Assembly (NCBI GenBank): GCA_951406725.2
Contig: OX597814.1
Coordinates: forward strand, 56,730,001-56,794,000
DNA: 64,000 nucleotides
Direction of reading: 5' to 3'
DNA from: Octopus vulgaris
Lineage: Eukaryota
The notes under the pieces: generated by a model
Told to the model about the DNA's origin: nothing
The model's database searches: none
The model's input: the letters and a program-made list of their open reading frames with translations, nothing else
Shown: positions 1 to 13,026 of the stretch, one piece after another
How the letters are laid out: each line of letters opens with the position of its first letter
Position numbering within the stretch: the stretch's first letter is position 1
Program-made: the position numbers and the translations under genes

Positions 1-430
1 TTCTTCTCAGATTATATGATGATTGTGTGTATGAACTGTAGTGCCATATGGTAGTGAGACATGGGTGCTAAATGTAGAGGAAATGCTTAGACTAGAAAGA
101 AATGAAGTTATCATGTTCTGTTGGATGTGAAGCATCAGTGTGTATGAATAATGGAGTAGAGTGTGTTGAGAGAAATGTGGAGCATAACAAGAATAAATTG
201 TAGTATGCCAGGGAGCAGACTGTGCTGATATGGATATGTGAAGTGAATGGATGTGGACAGCTGTATAAAGATATGCCAGTCACTTAATATAGGCAAGGCT
301 TTGGAAGTTGGAGATGCAGGAAGGCACGGGATATAATAGTGTAGGCTGATTTCAGGACTTGAATTCATGGAGATGACGACAAAGGATTGGAATGATTGGT
401 AAATTGTGGTGCTTGAGGAAACCTGCATTG
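1..430 (+). mobile_element. Degenerate 3' part of an RTE-clade LINE ORF
   Basis: tatggtagtgagacatgg translates to YGSETW, followed by decayed LERNE / CIKICQ-like segments typical of RTE C-termini. Frameshifts and stops present. Confidence 0.55.
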
Positions 431-929
431 TCAGCTAAACTGGGCCTCTCAACCAATTTGCTTCCCTACCACCCCTTCATCACATTATCAGTTATCCCTC
501 TATCACATGCATAACTGAAATATTCTGCTGCTGTTATTAAATGAGAGCAGAATTGTATATTTCATCATCCTTTTCTGTAATACCAGTTATCTTTCTTATT
601 ACCCTGAACTACTTTACTTGATATCCATCCTTCATTGCTAGCATTTTCCATCTCCACATACATTTTTCTTTGATCAGGCTTCTGTGCTATTAAATTATCT
701 CTCTCTCTTGCCTCAATTTCTTTCTCTTAACTTGTCCCACTCACTGTACATCTTTCACTTTCCCTATACATTACATATATCCTTCACCTTGCACTATTCA
801 ACCTACTCATCCACTTCATCACTTTCAGTACAGCCAGTCATCACCTACTCACTCCTACCTTCCCTCCAAATCCTATATCATTGACCACCCATCCACCTTT
901 CTTCACCATTCACTGCATCCTCCCCTTAA

Positions 930-1285
930 CTCATTCGGGAATTAAAGAACTGACCAGAAAGTGAGGTTCCTATTTTGAACATGTATTTTCAGAGCACTTC
1001 ATAATATGGGTGGGTTGTTAATGTGTTTGTGAAATTTAATTATTACCTTTTCAGTCATGTACTTCATATAGTTCAATGCTTTAATGTACCTTTGATTAAC
1101 CTCTGTTTTATGGAATCTCTATTCTCCTTCTGAATCTACTTGCCCATTCTTGGCAAGAAGAGCTGCTACATTGTCCAAAATTGCACTTTATAGATTTCTA
1201 ACATGTTTGTGTTGTAAGGATGCTTCACTTGAGGCCGAGATTGAATTGAGGATGTACTGAAGGGTAGTATTGACATCTCTTGAAT
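930..1285 (-). mobile_element. Possible decayed Penelope-like (GIY-YIG end) fragment
   Basis: Minus-strand remnants loosely resemble PLE C-termini and abut a microsatellite. No intact motif. Confidence 0.25.
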
Positions 1286-1286
1286 T

Positions 1287-1319
1287 GTATGTATGTATGT
1301 ATGTATGTATGTATGTATG

Positions 1320-1370
<51 letters not shown>

Positions 1371-1655
1371 ATTTATATATTTGTATATGTGTTGTGTGTG
1401 TGTATTTATATATTTGTATATGTGTTGTGTGTGTGTATTTATATATTTGTATATGTGTTGTGTGTGTGTGTATGTATATTTGTATGTGTATATATATTTA
1501 TATATGTATATGTGTGTATGTTTATATAATATGTATATATATATATATGTATATTTGTACGTGTATATATATATATATATATATATGTATAGATGTATAT
1601 GTGTGTATATATATATTTATATATGTGTATATATGTATACACATACAAATATAAC

Positions 1656-1709
<54 letters not shown>
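1287..1709. repeat. (TATG)n/(TA)n/(TG)n compound microsatellite
   Basis: Directly visible. Confidence 0.95.
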
Positions 1710-1710
<1 letters not shown>

Positions 1711-1915
1711 ATCATCGTTTAATGTCTGCTTTCCATGCTAGCATGGGTAGGATGATTTGACTGAGGACTGGTGAACCAGGTGGCTGCACCAGGCTCTAAT
1801 CTTGGTCTGGCAGAGTTTCTACAGCAGGATGCTCTTCCTAACACCAACCACTCTGAGAGTGTAATGGGTGCTTTTATGTGCCACCGGCACATGGGCCAGT
1901 CAGGAAGTACTGGCA
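1710..1915 (-). mobile_element. RTE-type 3' tail / SINE copy with (GAT)n tail
   Basis: Reverse complement of the family core gttaggaagggcatccagctgtagaaac...catgctagcatggaaagcggacgttaaacgatgatg seen many times in the window. Confidence 0.8.
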
Positions 1916-1942
1916 ACTTCCCCCCCCCCCCCAATTTTTTTT

Positions 1943-2062
1943 ATATATATGTATGTGTGTATATATATATAGTGTATGTATGTGTGTATATATATATATA
2001 TATAATGTATGTATGTATGTGTATGTATGTGTGTATATATATATATATATAATGTATGTATG

Positions 2063-2109
<47 letters not shown>

Positions 2110-2458
2110 GTGTGTGTGTATATATATGTGTGTGTGTATATATGTGTGTGTGTATATATATATGTGTGTGTATATATATATATGTGTGTGTATATATATA
2201 TATGTGTATATATATATATAGTGTATGTAGATATATATATGCATATATATGTGTGTATGTATGTATATGTATATATTTGTCTATATATGCATATATGTAT
2301 GCATATATATATATATATTCATATATTTCTATATATATATGTATGCACATATTTGTATATATATATATATACACATATATATGCATATCTGAGCGCCTAT
2401 TAATAATAATACTGTATTTGTTCCATTGTTGTTGTTTTTTTGTTTTCCCGTTTGGATT

Positions 2459-2503
<45 letters not shown>

Positions 2504-2505
2504 TA

Positions 2506-2555
<50 letters not shown>

Positions 2556-3006
2556 TAAAATTTGAGATTTGCAGAGGGTCAAAGTTGGTAACAAAAACAG
2601 GACAGTTAAAACAAAAGTTAAGGGCTGCTAAGCCATAACGAGGTGAAGTGGTGAAGGCTGGAGAACAAGCTTTGACAGGAGACAGATGAAAATGTGTGGT
2701 ATCTTCTGTAGTTGAACGAGAAGAAAGAAAAAATCTGATTTAAAAGAAGAATGATGGCTGCTGGTCACGTGTGTGCAATGAGAGTGAAGAGTCAATGAGA
2801 GTCAAGAAGTGGAGAAAAATTGGGAAAGGGTGGGAGAGAAAAAAAGAATATAGAAAGCAGAAGTGAGAGAGAGAGAGAAATAGAGATTGTGATAGAATAG
2901 TGTCACATCAGAATTATGAAGATAAAACTTTCTTGGGAATGGATGCGTGGCATTTGATCCTATAATAATATAAGTAATATATATATATATATGCATATAT
3001 ACATAC

Positions 3007-3100
<94 letters not shown>

Positions 3101-3123
3101 ATATATATATATATATATATGTG

Positions 3124-3164
<41 letters not shown>

Positions 3165-3167
3165 ATG

Positions 3168-3200
<33 letters not shown>

Positions 3201-3203
3201 GTG

Positions 3204-3246
<43 letters not shown>

Positions 3247-3249
3247 ATG

Positions 3250-3282
<33 letters not shown>

Positions 3283-3289
3283 GTGTATG

Positions 3290-3326
<37 letters not shown>

Positions 3327-3327
3327 G

Positions 3328-3410
<83 letters not shown>

Positions 3411-3413
3411 ATG

Positions 3414-3452
<39 letters not shown>

Positions 3453-3557
3453 GTGTATGTATATATATATATATATATATATATGCATACACATATATGT
3501 GTATGTATATATATATATATATTATATATATATATACATATATATATATGTGTGTGT
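1943..3557. repeat. TA-rich microsatellite blocks interrupted by short non-repetitive islands (2389-2464, 2556-2976)
   Basis: Directly visible. Confidence 0.9.
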
Positions 3558-5052
3558 ACAGGGGAGAGTGTTGCTATGTGAAAGTACGTTGTTGGGTGTA
3601 TATAAAACAAAATAAATTTTGATAGAATAAAATGTTAAAAATGGTTAAGTCTTGCTTTATAGTTTTCAATGAGGTAAGTTTCCTTTATTTAAAAATACTA
3701 GAAATAGTTAAGTTTTGGCCTATATTTTTCAATGAAGTATGTTTCCTTGTTTAATCTAACTTGTGTTGATGTTCCAATGGCCCATTGATAAAATGGAAAG
3801 ATTACAAATTGTGGTGGCAGTTGCTTTGCGCATCTCTTAATGTGTTCACTAATGGACATTATTCTGTGTTCTGGGAATACAATCTGCTGTCGGTGCACAA
3901 TGCATGTGCATCTGAGCGATAATCCTGTGTACCCTTTGTAGTTTTGGTGGCAGCCTGGGCATCTTATAATATAAATCAGGCTTTCTGAGGCACAAGTAAA
4001 ATGAGATTTGATTTTGAATTTTTGTTTCTCTTTAGAAAGGAATTCTGATCCTTCTAGAAGGTTTGGGCATATTGTGCAATTTGATCGACCACGTTTTCAA
4101 TTTTGCATCTGTTATTTTAGAAAATAAGTTTGCCTTTGTTAAAATCTCTTTTTGTGATTTCGGTTCTTTGTGGCTTTTAATGATCTTATGTGTGTGTAAA
4201 ATTTCCTTTAATTCGGTGTCCTTATGTAGCATTGGTAGATTTTGGGCTTCTTTTTTCTTGGGTTGTATGTGGCAGTATTTTCGGGGAAAGTGTGTTATTG
4301 TGTTGCATGACTGATTCCATCCTCTATGAGTTGACCTTGGTAGTGTCTGTCAATCAGTGTTTTTGAGTTCTTGCAGTCTAAAGTCTCTGGTATTTTTTCT
4401 GACGCTATGGTGCATATCCTTCTCGGAAGGTTGAAGGGGATGTTTGTTTTGGCGTGTCTTGAGTGGCATGAATTAAATAGATATTGTTTGGTATCTGGTT
4501 TTGTAAAATATGTCTCTTTCTATTTGTAGGTTAATTTTTTTAACTAGTATATCCAAGAATGAGAGCTCGTTTTGGTTGTATCCCATTTAGAACTATATTT
4601 TTGGGTTGACAATGTTCAATAGTCTTTTGAATTCCAGGAATTTGTCTGTGTTTTCATTCCAGAGGATAAAACAGTCGTCCAGGAATATTTTCCAATTCTC
4701 TTTTATGTATTGGGAAAGAGGGTTTCCAAATGTAGATAAGGATCCCTGGTATATTGTTGTTTCCAGATAGCCCATTGTTAGGTTTACAATAACCGGGGAT
4801 GCCCTCATGCCCATGGCAACTCTGCATTTTTGTCAATAAAAAGTGTTATCAAACATGAAATGGTTGTTTCGAAGGATGAAGTCAACCGATTCAGTTATGA
4901 ATTCTTTGATGATCCTTTCTGGTATTTCTTCCAGATATTGGTCCAGCCAGAAGTGAGTTGCCTCTAGCCCATAATTATGAGGTATACTAGTATGTAAGTT
5001 AATCATATCATATGAAACCATGATTGTTTCTTCCTGAAATATTTTTTGGAGG
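3558..5052 (-). mobile_element. Penelope-like retroelement remnant (RT + GIY-YIG), frameshifted and 5'-truncated
   Basis: ORF pieces VSYDMINLHTSIP (RT motif A), MGMRASPVIVNLTMGYLE...FLDDCF (motifs B/C) and HRQQI...SEHIKRC...KETYFIEKYRPKLN (GIY-YIG C-terminus), all collinear on the minus strand. Confidence 0.88.
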
Positions 5053-5117
5053 TGTATGTATGTATGTCTTAGGGGATTTCTTTATGGTTTCATTATAATC
5101 TGGATTTATGTTATAAG

Positions 5118-5780
5118 ATGCTCGAGCTACATAGGGTCCTAGGGATTATTGCTCAGATGCAGATGCACTCTGCACTGACAGCATATAACATTCCCAGAAT
5201 GATATACCCTTTAATGATACCATTTAATGAGCACATTGAGACATGTGCAAAACAACTGCTACCACAATTTGTAATCTTGCCATTTTATCGATGTCCCATT
5301 GGAGCTCCAACACAAGTTAGATTAAATAAGGAAACCCACTTCATTCAAAAATATAAGCCAAAACTTAACCATTTCCAGCATTTTTAAATGAGGAATAACT
5401 CATTGAAAAATGTAAAGCAGAACTTAACCACTGCTAACATTTTATTCTATCAAAATCAAATCTTGTTAAATAAATAAAACGTAATAATTCCCAACATTTT
5501 TGATTACCTCCCTTATACCACAAAATCCTTGATTACCTCCCCCTGTTTGGAACTCCCTTACATCGCCTCATAGTGAAGAGATGACACTATAGGTGAAGAA
5601 ATTTCATGAGAAAATACGAAACCGGATATTTCTCCCAAAACAAAAGCTTTATAATATTTTCCTAACCTGAAGATTTAAATATATTCTTTAGCCATATGAT
5701 ACAAGTCTTCTGTAGTTTTTTCATTCTATTTAGTTTTTTATACATCCAACCACATACTTTCACATATGAACTCTCTCACC
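5118..5780 (+). mobile_element. Second Penelope-like 3' fragment (GIY-YIG C-terminus + 3' UTR), inverted relative to 3558-5052
   Basis: NEHIETCAKQLLPQFVILPFY...KETHFIQKYKPKLN is paralogous to ORF 3698-3898. DNA 5219-5460 is a diverged reverse complement of ~3615-3855. Confidence 0.85.
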
Positions 5781-5815
5781 TACATATATATATATATATA
5801 CACATATATGTGTGG

Positions 5816-5858
<43 letters not shown>

Positions 5859-5896
5859 TGTGTGTGTACACACACACATATATATATATATATATA

Positions 5897-6702
5897 ATGG
5901 AATTGTATCTTTGTGGTACCAGTGCCGGTGGCACACAAGAAAACCATCCGAACGTGGCCGTAGCCAGTACCGCACCGACTGGCCTCCGTGCTGTGGGCAC
6001 GTAACAAACACCATCCGATCGTGGCCGTTCGCCAGCCTCATCTGGCACCTGTGTCGGTGGCACATAAAAACACCATCCGAAGACCCGGCAAGACTAGTCA
6101 GGCCATAACCTGTGGGCCCCACCTGGGACGTAGTCAGTCCACCTGTGCATACCTTCCTTCTTGTGACACTTGTGAAGACCTGTTGAGGCAAGTGAAAATC
6201 AAAACAAATCAAAATAGATGAACATCAATGGAATTTGTATCTTTGTGGTACCAGTGCCGGTGGCACGTGGCACACAAGAAAACCATCCGAACGTGGCCGT
6301 AGCCAGTACCGAATCGACTGGCCTCCGTGCTGTGGGCACGTAACAAACACCATCCGATCGTGGCCGTTTGCCAGCCTCATCTGGCACCTGTGTCGGTGGC
6401 ACATAAAAACACCATCCGAGCGTGGCCGTCTGCCAGCCTCGTCTGGCACCTGTGTCGGTGGCACATAAAAAACACCATCCGAGCGTGGCCGTTTGCCAGC
6501 CTCGTCTGGCACCTGTGTCGGTGGCACATAAAATCACCCACTACACTCTCGGAGTGGTTGGCGTTAGGAAGGGCATCCAGCTGTAGAAACACTGCCAGAT
6601 CTGACTGGACTGGTGCAGCTTTCGGGCTCCCCAGACCCCAGTTGAACCGTCCAACCCATGCTAGCATGGAAAGCGGACGTTAAATGATGATGATGATGAT
6701 GA

Positions 6703-6703
<1 letters not shown>
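5897..6703 (+). mobile_element. RTE-type LINE 3' end / SINE with internal ~62-bp tandem repeats and (GAT)n tail; 5' part locally duplicated
   Basis: 5897-6080 duplicates ~6227-6420. Four ~62-bp units at ~6269-6530, then the conserved tail and gatgatgat. Confidence 0.8.
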
Positions 6704-6742
<39 letters not shown>

Positions 6743-6748
<6 letters not shown>

Positions 6749-6911
6749 AAACCCACTTCATATGATATGATTAACTTACATACTAGTATACCTCATAATT
6801 ATGGGCTAGAGGCAACTCACTTCTGGCTGGACCAATATCTGGAAGAAATACCAGAAAGGATCATCAAAGAATTCATAACTGAATCGGTTGACTTCATCCT
6901 TCGAAACAACC
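6743..6911 (+). mobile_element. Inverted copy of Penelope RT segment 4862-5016 joined to a 19-bp copy of 5326-5344
   Basis: Identical translation MINLHTSIPHNYGLEATHFW...; DNA appears an exact reverse complement; ends at the gap. Confidence 0.85.
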
Positions 6912-7011
6912 NNNNNNNNNNNNNNNNNNNNNNNNNNNNNNNNNNNNNNNNNNNNNNNNNNNNNNNNNNNNNNNNNNNNNNNNNNNNNNNNNNNNNNNNN
7001 NNNNNNNNNNN
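6912..7011. other. Assembly gap (100 N)
   Basis: Run of n. Confidence 1.
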
Positions 7012-7094
7012 ACACAGAGAAACTTATCTGTTCCCTGTAATCATGGGAAAGTAGATATTAAAATGATGATAACATATATATTTGTGTGTATGTA

Positions 7095-7141
<47 letters not shown>

Positions 7142-8394
7142 CACATATATAGTTTTTTTATAATACTCTGGATACAGATGGTCTGATGTCATTTTTTCTG
7201 GTGTTTCGGCTTGTTGATTGTACTCATGAAAAACAGTATTTGACTATGAAAACAGGTGAATGAGATATGAGAAATTGAGTAAATGCATGAGGGTCAATGT
7301 CTCTTATTTATGTACTTTTTTGTCAGATTATGTCTTATGTATACTGACTTTCAAGCTGTTATTGCTCCTCTTACATTTACAAAATTTCTTACTTTTGATA
7401 AATTTTTCTTCTTTGTTACCTGTCACTTTCACATATCCTTTGTAACCATATTTGTTTTTGGCATGATAAATGCTGGTACAGTAAAAAATTGTGCTCTTGA
7501 GAATAGTCAACATGCCACCTCATGAAACTTAAGTTGCCTTTGTGTATTCTATATATCATGGTATAACTCTTCTATGTACTAAATACATTTTATAAAGCAT
7601 AGTTATTAAATTTATTCTATTGATGTCTTCTCTGTCACTACTCTTGAGTTTCCTAAAGGCAATCATTGGGACTGTCATATAAATATTCATTTAAAGAAAA
7701 TGCAGAAAATTTCTAACTGGTATTGAGACAAAAATCTGTTTATTGGCTAATTATTACAGATCATCGTATGTAACTTGCACATGAATTGAATAATACATCA
7801 GAGCCAATTTAAACATTAAAGATAAAACACACTCAAATATACTGTCTCTTTTTCTTCCAAAGTAACTCATTATATATTTTCTGAGTTATCATATCTCAAA
7901 TCAATATTTGACAAATGCTACTTTCCTAAATGCATTTTATTATTCTTTTGATATAAATTATCACCATGCTTTCAATTGCAATCCAAAGTGATATTCAAAT
8001 TAGGTGATTGGTGACAAAAGTATATATACAAACTACACACTGGAACACAAACACACACACGTGTGCACACGCGCGTGCACGTGTGTGTGTAGTAAAAGTC
8101 AAAATGAAAGACTTTTTTGTGATGTGTTAAGATGCCATAAAGTATACTTGTAATGATGACTGTAAGTCACAGAAAGATGCAAGCTTTTGTAATGAACATA
8201 TAAACTACTGAAATGTGTGTCTGAGTGTTTTGATTGGTTCCATGGGTAGGGTATCTGTTGTGCTGAAGTTAATGATGTGTAAATATGACTTTCCCTCCTC
8301 CACTTTCTCTTATTCATTCTTCTCCTCCCCTCCATTAACCCCCACAAGTGTTTAATGTACTCACCATTTCTTTTCATTATAACTCCTTTTTCAG

Positions 8395-8421
8395 TCCCCT
8401 CGAGTGCTGAATAACGTTGAG
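8395..8421 (+). CDS. Candidate 27-nt internal microexon, phase 0/0, encoding SPRVLNNVE
   Basis: Branch-point-like tactcac (~8358), long pyrimidine tract ending tttttcag, consensus donor GAG|gtaagt, length divisible by 3, open in phase 0. Confidence 0.65.
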
Positions 8422-8510
8422 GTAAGTGTTCCCTGATCTGGACAACAAGTGATCCCCTTGTCAGTCAAGTCACACTGCGCTCCCTCCAGTGATTGTTCTC
8501 AGTCTTCCTA

Positions 8511-8567
<57 letters not shown>

Positions 8568-11500
8568 GTATATATGTCTGTGTGTATGTGTTGCTCCGTG
8601 TGTGCTTGTGGGTGTGTGTGAATGTGTATGTATGCAAGTATGTGTGTATATATGTACATATACATACATACATATACATACATATAAACATGCACAGAGG
8701 TTAGGCACACACTTATTCATTGTCATTTTTTTCTGTCAACTTTTGTATGATGATTCTTTCCTGTTTTTCATTCTCCTTTGATTGCTACACATGCATAGTT
8801 TTCATTTTTATGTTTATGTCTGTAGTTTATTATAATCATCATCATCATCCTCATCATCACTTCTACTACTACTACTACTACTTATTGTTTGATCACTTCA
8901 ACACAATTGCTACTACTGCTATTGCTGCATAAACAAAGATTTAAAAAAAAAAGCTGCTAATAGATTTCTTTCTTTTTTTTTATTATTATATTTTTTTTCA
9001 ACCATCTAATATCTTATGTTGCTGTCATCCACTTTTAGCAGTATTAGTTCTTGAGTTTTGCAATTATTTGTTTTGTTACTTGGTTTATATTCATCATCAT
9101 TGGTTATTCTGTTGTGGTTTGATTATTCCTCTTCCTGTTATTCTCTTCCTCCTTCCAAAACAAACAAGAATTTGGTTTCTCTCAGGTTCAAATCTCTCTA
9201 CCTACCCTGTTGGATGTTAGGACACTGTTGACATTAGAACATCCCTATCTTTGTTGTTATTGTTATTTTCATTTTTGCCATTGTATTTCAGTTCATAACT
9301 TTGCCAAAATTAGCAAATTCTAATATTCTGAGTATTTCCCATTAATCTAAATAACTTACATTATCCACGCAAATTTAGACTTGGCAATCCAGAATTCTTT
9401 ATTTTCAAACCAAATTTTGTTTTAATTTTGCTCGGCTCTCTCTTTCTCTTTATCTCTGCCTATATACAATTTTGATGTCTTCCGTTACAAAATTATTTAT
9501 TATAAAATTATTTGTTTGTTACTGTCACATATTTTAAAATTCACACAACCATACTATCTATTTTCTGCTTGCTTTATGAATTTTGTTTCAGATCAGCGGG
9601 TTAATTATAAAGAAATTATCTTTTTAGATGATCAATGTTATTAACAACTGACTTTTGCCTGCTTAGCTTCAGCCTTTTTTTTGTTTGGTTACTTATTTTC
9701 TGTTTTTCTTTTTTCTTTTTGGAAAAATGAACGTTTCATGTTTGTAAAACAACATTGGCTTACTTGAGTTAATTTTCTAAGACTACTTCAATTGAATTAG
9801 GATATAATGACTAAGAACATTTTAAATTTTTTTTTGTTTCTTTTCAAAATTTTTTCTTTTTATTTATTTTAAACAACACAATTTTAGTTTTTTTACTTTA
9901 TTGCCTATAGATTTTTATTTCAACCCTGAATGGTCTAAAAGTAGTAAATAAAGTCGTAGCACTAGCCATTCTTCGGAGATATGTTTTCCTTAATTTTAAT
10001 TTCAGGCATTTCATATTTTGGTATTGCCATCATATTTTCTCTAAACACAATTATTGCTTTTGAATCTTTTTTATAAAGAATTATGTTGCAATTTACTGTA
10101 GATTATTAACTGTGACCGTATGTATTTCAAGAGTCGAGATTGATGAAATAATTTTAAGTTTTGAAATGCGAACCTTCAGTGAAGCTATGATGCCTGAAGA
10201 GTGGGGAAACTTATATAATTGCTAGTCTCTCGTAACATAAACACATCAAGTCTCTTTTAAACATGGGGCATAGTGAAAGTATTCCTTCTAGATAAACTGA
10301 GACTGAAGAGATATGTGGAAAGGCACTATTTTCAAATAATATTTTACTAGCTATTAAATCATATATATATGATGATCATGATATATAAAATCTGTTGTGC
10401 CTTTCTCAACTTATTTTTCTTGTTATTCAGTCAATGAATGTCTGATAGATTGCTTTGTGATTATTTTTAGAAGATAGACACAAATTTTGATAGTTTGATT
10501 CATGCTGCAGAAATTAAGTATTTTCAATCTTGTATATATGTGTCTGTAAATATTTATGTATTCATAAGTGTGTATTAACTGGATCAACATAGTTATCTTT
10601 TTCTTTCATAGTACAAGGATGTAGTGAAATTATCATGCATTTTGGCATGTGATAACAATGTCTGAAAAGTTGTTTCAGATGTGCTTTAAGAATACACATG
10701 CAAACACGTTATTATAGCAGTTGCGACAGTATTGACCACCAATAGGGAAGAGAGTGGGTCATTGGTCCTCACAAGTAGTCTGTGTAAATATCCCCATTGT
10801 GCAGCCCCTTTGTAACTAAAGAAGAGTTCACATGTTCTTTTCCCTCCAACCAGATGGACTTTCGACCTTTACAGTCATAAAGATTAGTATCTATTGTTTA
10901 GTGGTCTCCGAAATTGTGGAAACTGTGCATCTTGATAAGAGTGAGTGCAGAAACTACTACATAAACAACTTAGTATTGATGCATAAACTCCTACCAAGGT
11001 TGAAGAAATCATTACTTTAGACATTCATTATATACATGATGTAAATACATTGTAACCCTTCACACTCTTGAAAATACTTAGTAGTGTATATGTGGACTAC
11101 AGATATACATGTGGGTGATGTTTGTTAATTCTGAAGGAAGAAACAAATGGAAATATGATTTAAAAAAATAAAAAAGCCAATGTAACTCTTATTTCCCCAA
11201 AGTCTTTTGTGCTAATTTCATTAATTTCTGTCCGTGATGATGGCTATGTTTATATTTTCTCATTCCTCTCACTATTGAGTAGAAATGGTTCCTTTGCTTC
11301 ATAACATAATTGCTGATTTACTTCTTAGAAAATCATCTTCTAACTAAATGGTCTATGCTCTGCTTCAATCTTTAATCATGCAATCATTTTTTTTCTCTGT
11401 TTATTTCTAGTTAGATGTTCTCTCTGTTTTGGTCTCTGTGTGTTTTTATTTATTTGTCTTTCTACCTATAATTAGTGTCCATCACATTTGTTGAAAAGCG

Positions 11501-12807
11501 ACGTAACATGATTTCAGAGGTCTACATGTTTGACAAGTGATTTAACCCGACACTGTGTTGAAACTGAAACAATTACATCATGAAAGAGACAGCATAACAA
11601 CATTAAAACACACATTTGTTTCATTTAGTAATAGTTTAATATATGCTATAAAGTGTCAACACAGATGTGGTACATTTATAATTTACTGACCCTGTGCCTT
11701 TGCATCTATAGAATAGTACCAATGACCAAATGACAAACACATGATAGATATTTATTTTTTTTATTCATTGTAATGTATAATATTGCCACAAATAGTGTAT
11801 GTGTGCTTTAAATATATATCATGATGTAATTGCTAACCAACCTATTATCCAATGAAAAATCTCCTGTATCTTTTAAAGCATTTAAAGATGTACAAATATG
11901 TTGTCATTATCAACTGCTTTTAATTTATTGCACTGATGAAGTAAAATAATATCTTGTTAAAAAAACACTTCATAAATTCAAGGTAGACACATTAGTATAT
12001 GAAAACTTGTTTGCAATCTTTCTGTTTATAACATTATTTGTTCAGCCTTGAACAGCAAAATGATATTGTTTAGAATTGCCTTACATATACATGTTACACA
12101 TTAATTAGTTTCTGTCTGTATAAATACATGCTCCTTATTACAGAATTTTGTTTAAAAAAGAAAAATAATAATAATAATTGGCTTACTCAGAAATTATAAA
12201 TCCACAATCTTTAATTTCTGACTTCATATACAAAAAAGAAAATCTATTTCACAGATTTTCCGTTGTAGCTTATCATTTGCAACTTCTTCATTTACATATA
12301 TGTACGATCCCTTGCAAATTCTACACTTGCAATATATTTCAGATAGAAATACAGTTATCTACTAATATTAAGCAATGATACCAGATGTCACATCTTTCTG
12401 TCTCTTTTATGATACAAATCTTGAATGATCTATGCTTTACTATAGAAATAAAATATTTACCAAGGTAGTTTATCAGGGCTCCTGGTATGTAAACTGTTAA
12501 ATTACACTCATTTAGTTGTTGATGAAAATGTCTTCAAGTGTTGTTTAATTTAAACTCTGGATTTCATTTTTAATTTCTTTTCACCCATATCCTACCTACT
12601 TTGTGAGTTTTTAGCTGATTTAATACTGGTTTAATGGCCCATCATTGAAAAGGCTCTTTATTTGTACATCATCCCTATTACTGATAAAAGGTGTTTTTCA
12701 CTGATGGAAGATTCAGCTTTCTGTTAGAAAATATAGTTTTACTCAGCTCATAGCTGGAAGATACAATTTAACTCAGTAATGTGCAGTTCACTCCTGGAAA
12801 GTACAAG

Positions 12808-13026
12808 TTAATCTTTTAGTATTCAGACTATTCTGTCAAATTTTAATGCTTATTTGTTCACATGGTTTCGAACTAATCATGCATTATCTTTGAGAGTTCA
12901 ATGATGTCATTATTTATTTTTAGACATTGCAGGGTAGGTATGAGAGGCTGGTTATGGCCAGTTAGAACATAGTACAAGTAGAATATTTGGGTGGGATCTG
13001 GCTAGTTTAAATGCTAAAGGTTTTAA
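12808..13026 (+). mobile_element. ~225-bp TTAA-flanked MITE (piggyBac-like), degenerate copy
   Basis: Homologous to 17882-18109; ends ttaatcttttagtatt...aatgctaaagg. Confidence 0.65.

Noticed and set aside
6269-6530. CRISPR-like array of hairpin repeats
   Set aside because: Contiguous tandem units with no unique spacers, no cas genes, and embedded in a eukaryotic retroelement tail.
10190-10330. Two ctgaagag...gaaa motifs as hammerheads
   Set aside because: I could not form stems I and III or find a cleavage triplet; at most a decayed PLE remnant.
11234-11316. Possible C/D-box snoRNA (gtgatga...ctga)
   Set aside because: No terminal stem and no recognisable rRNA/snRNA guide; such motifs are expected by chance.
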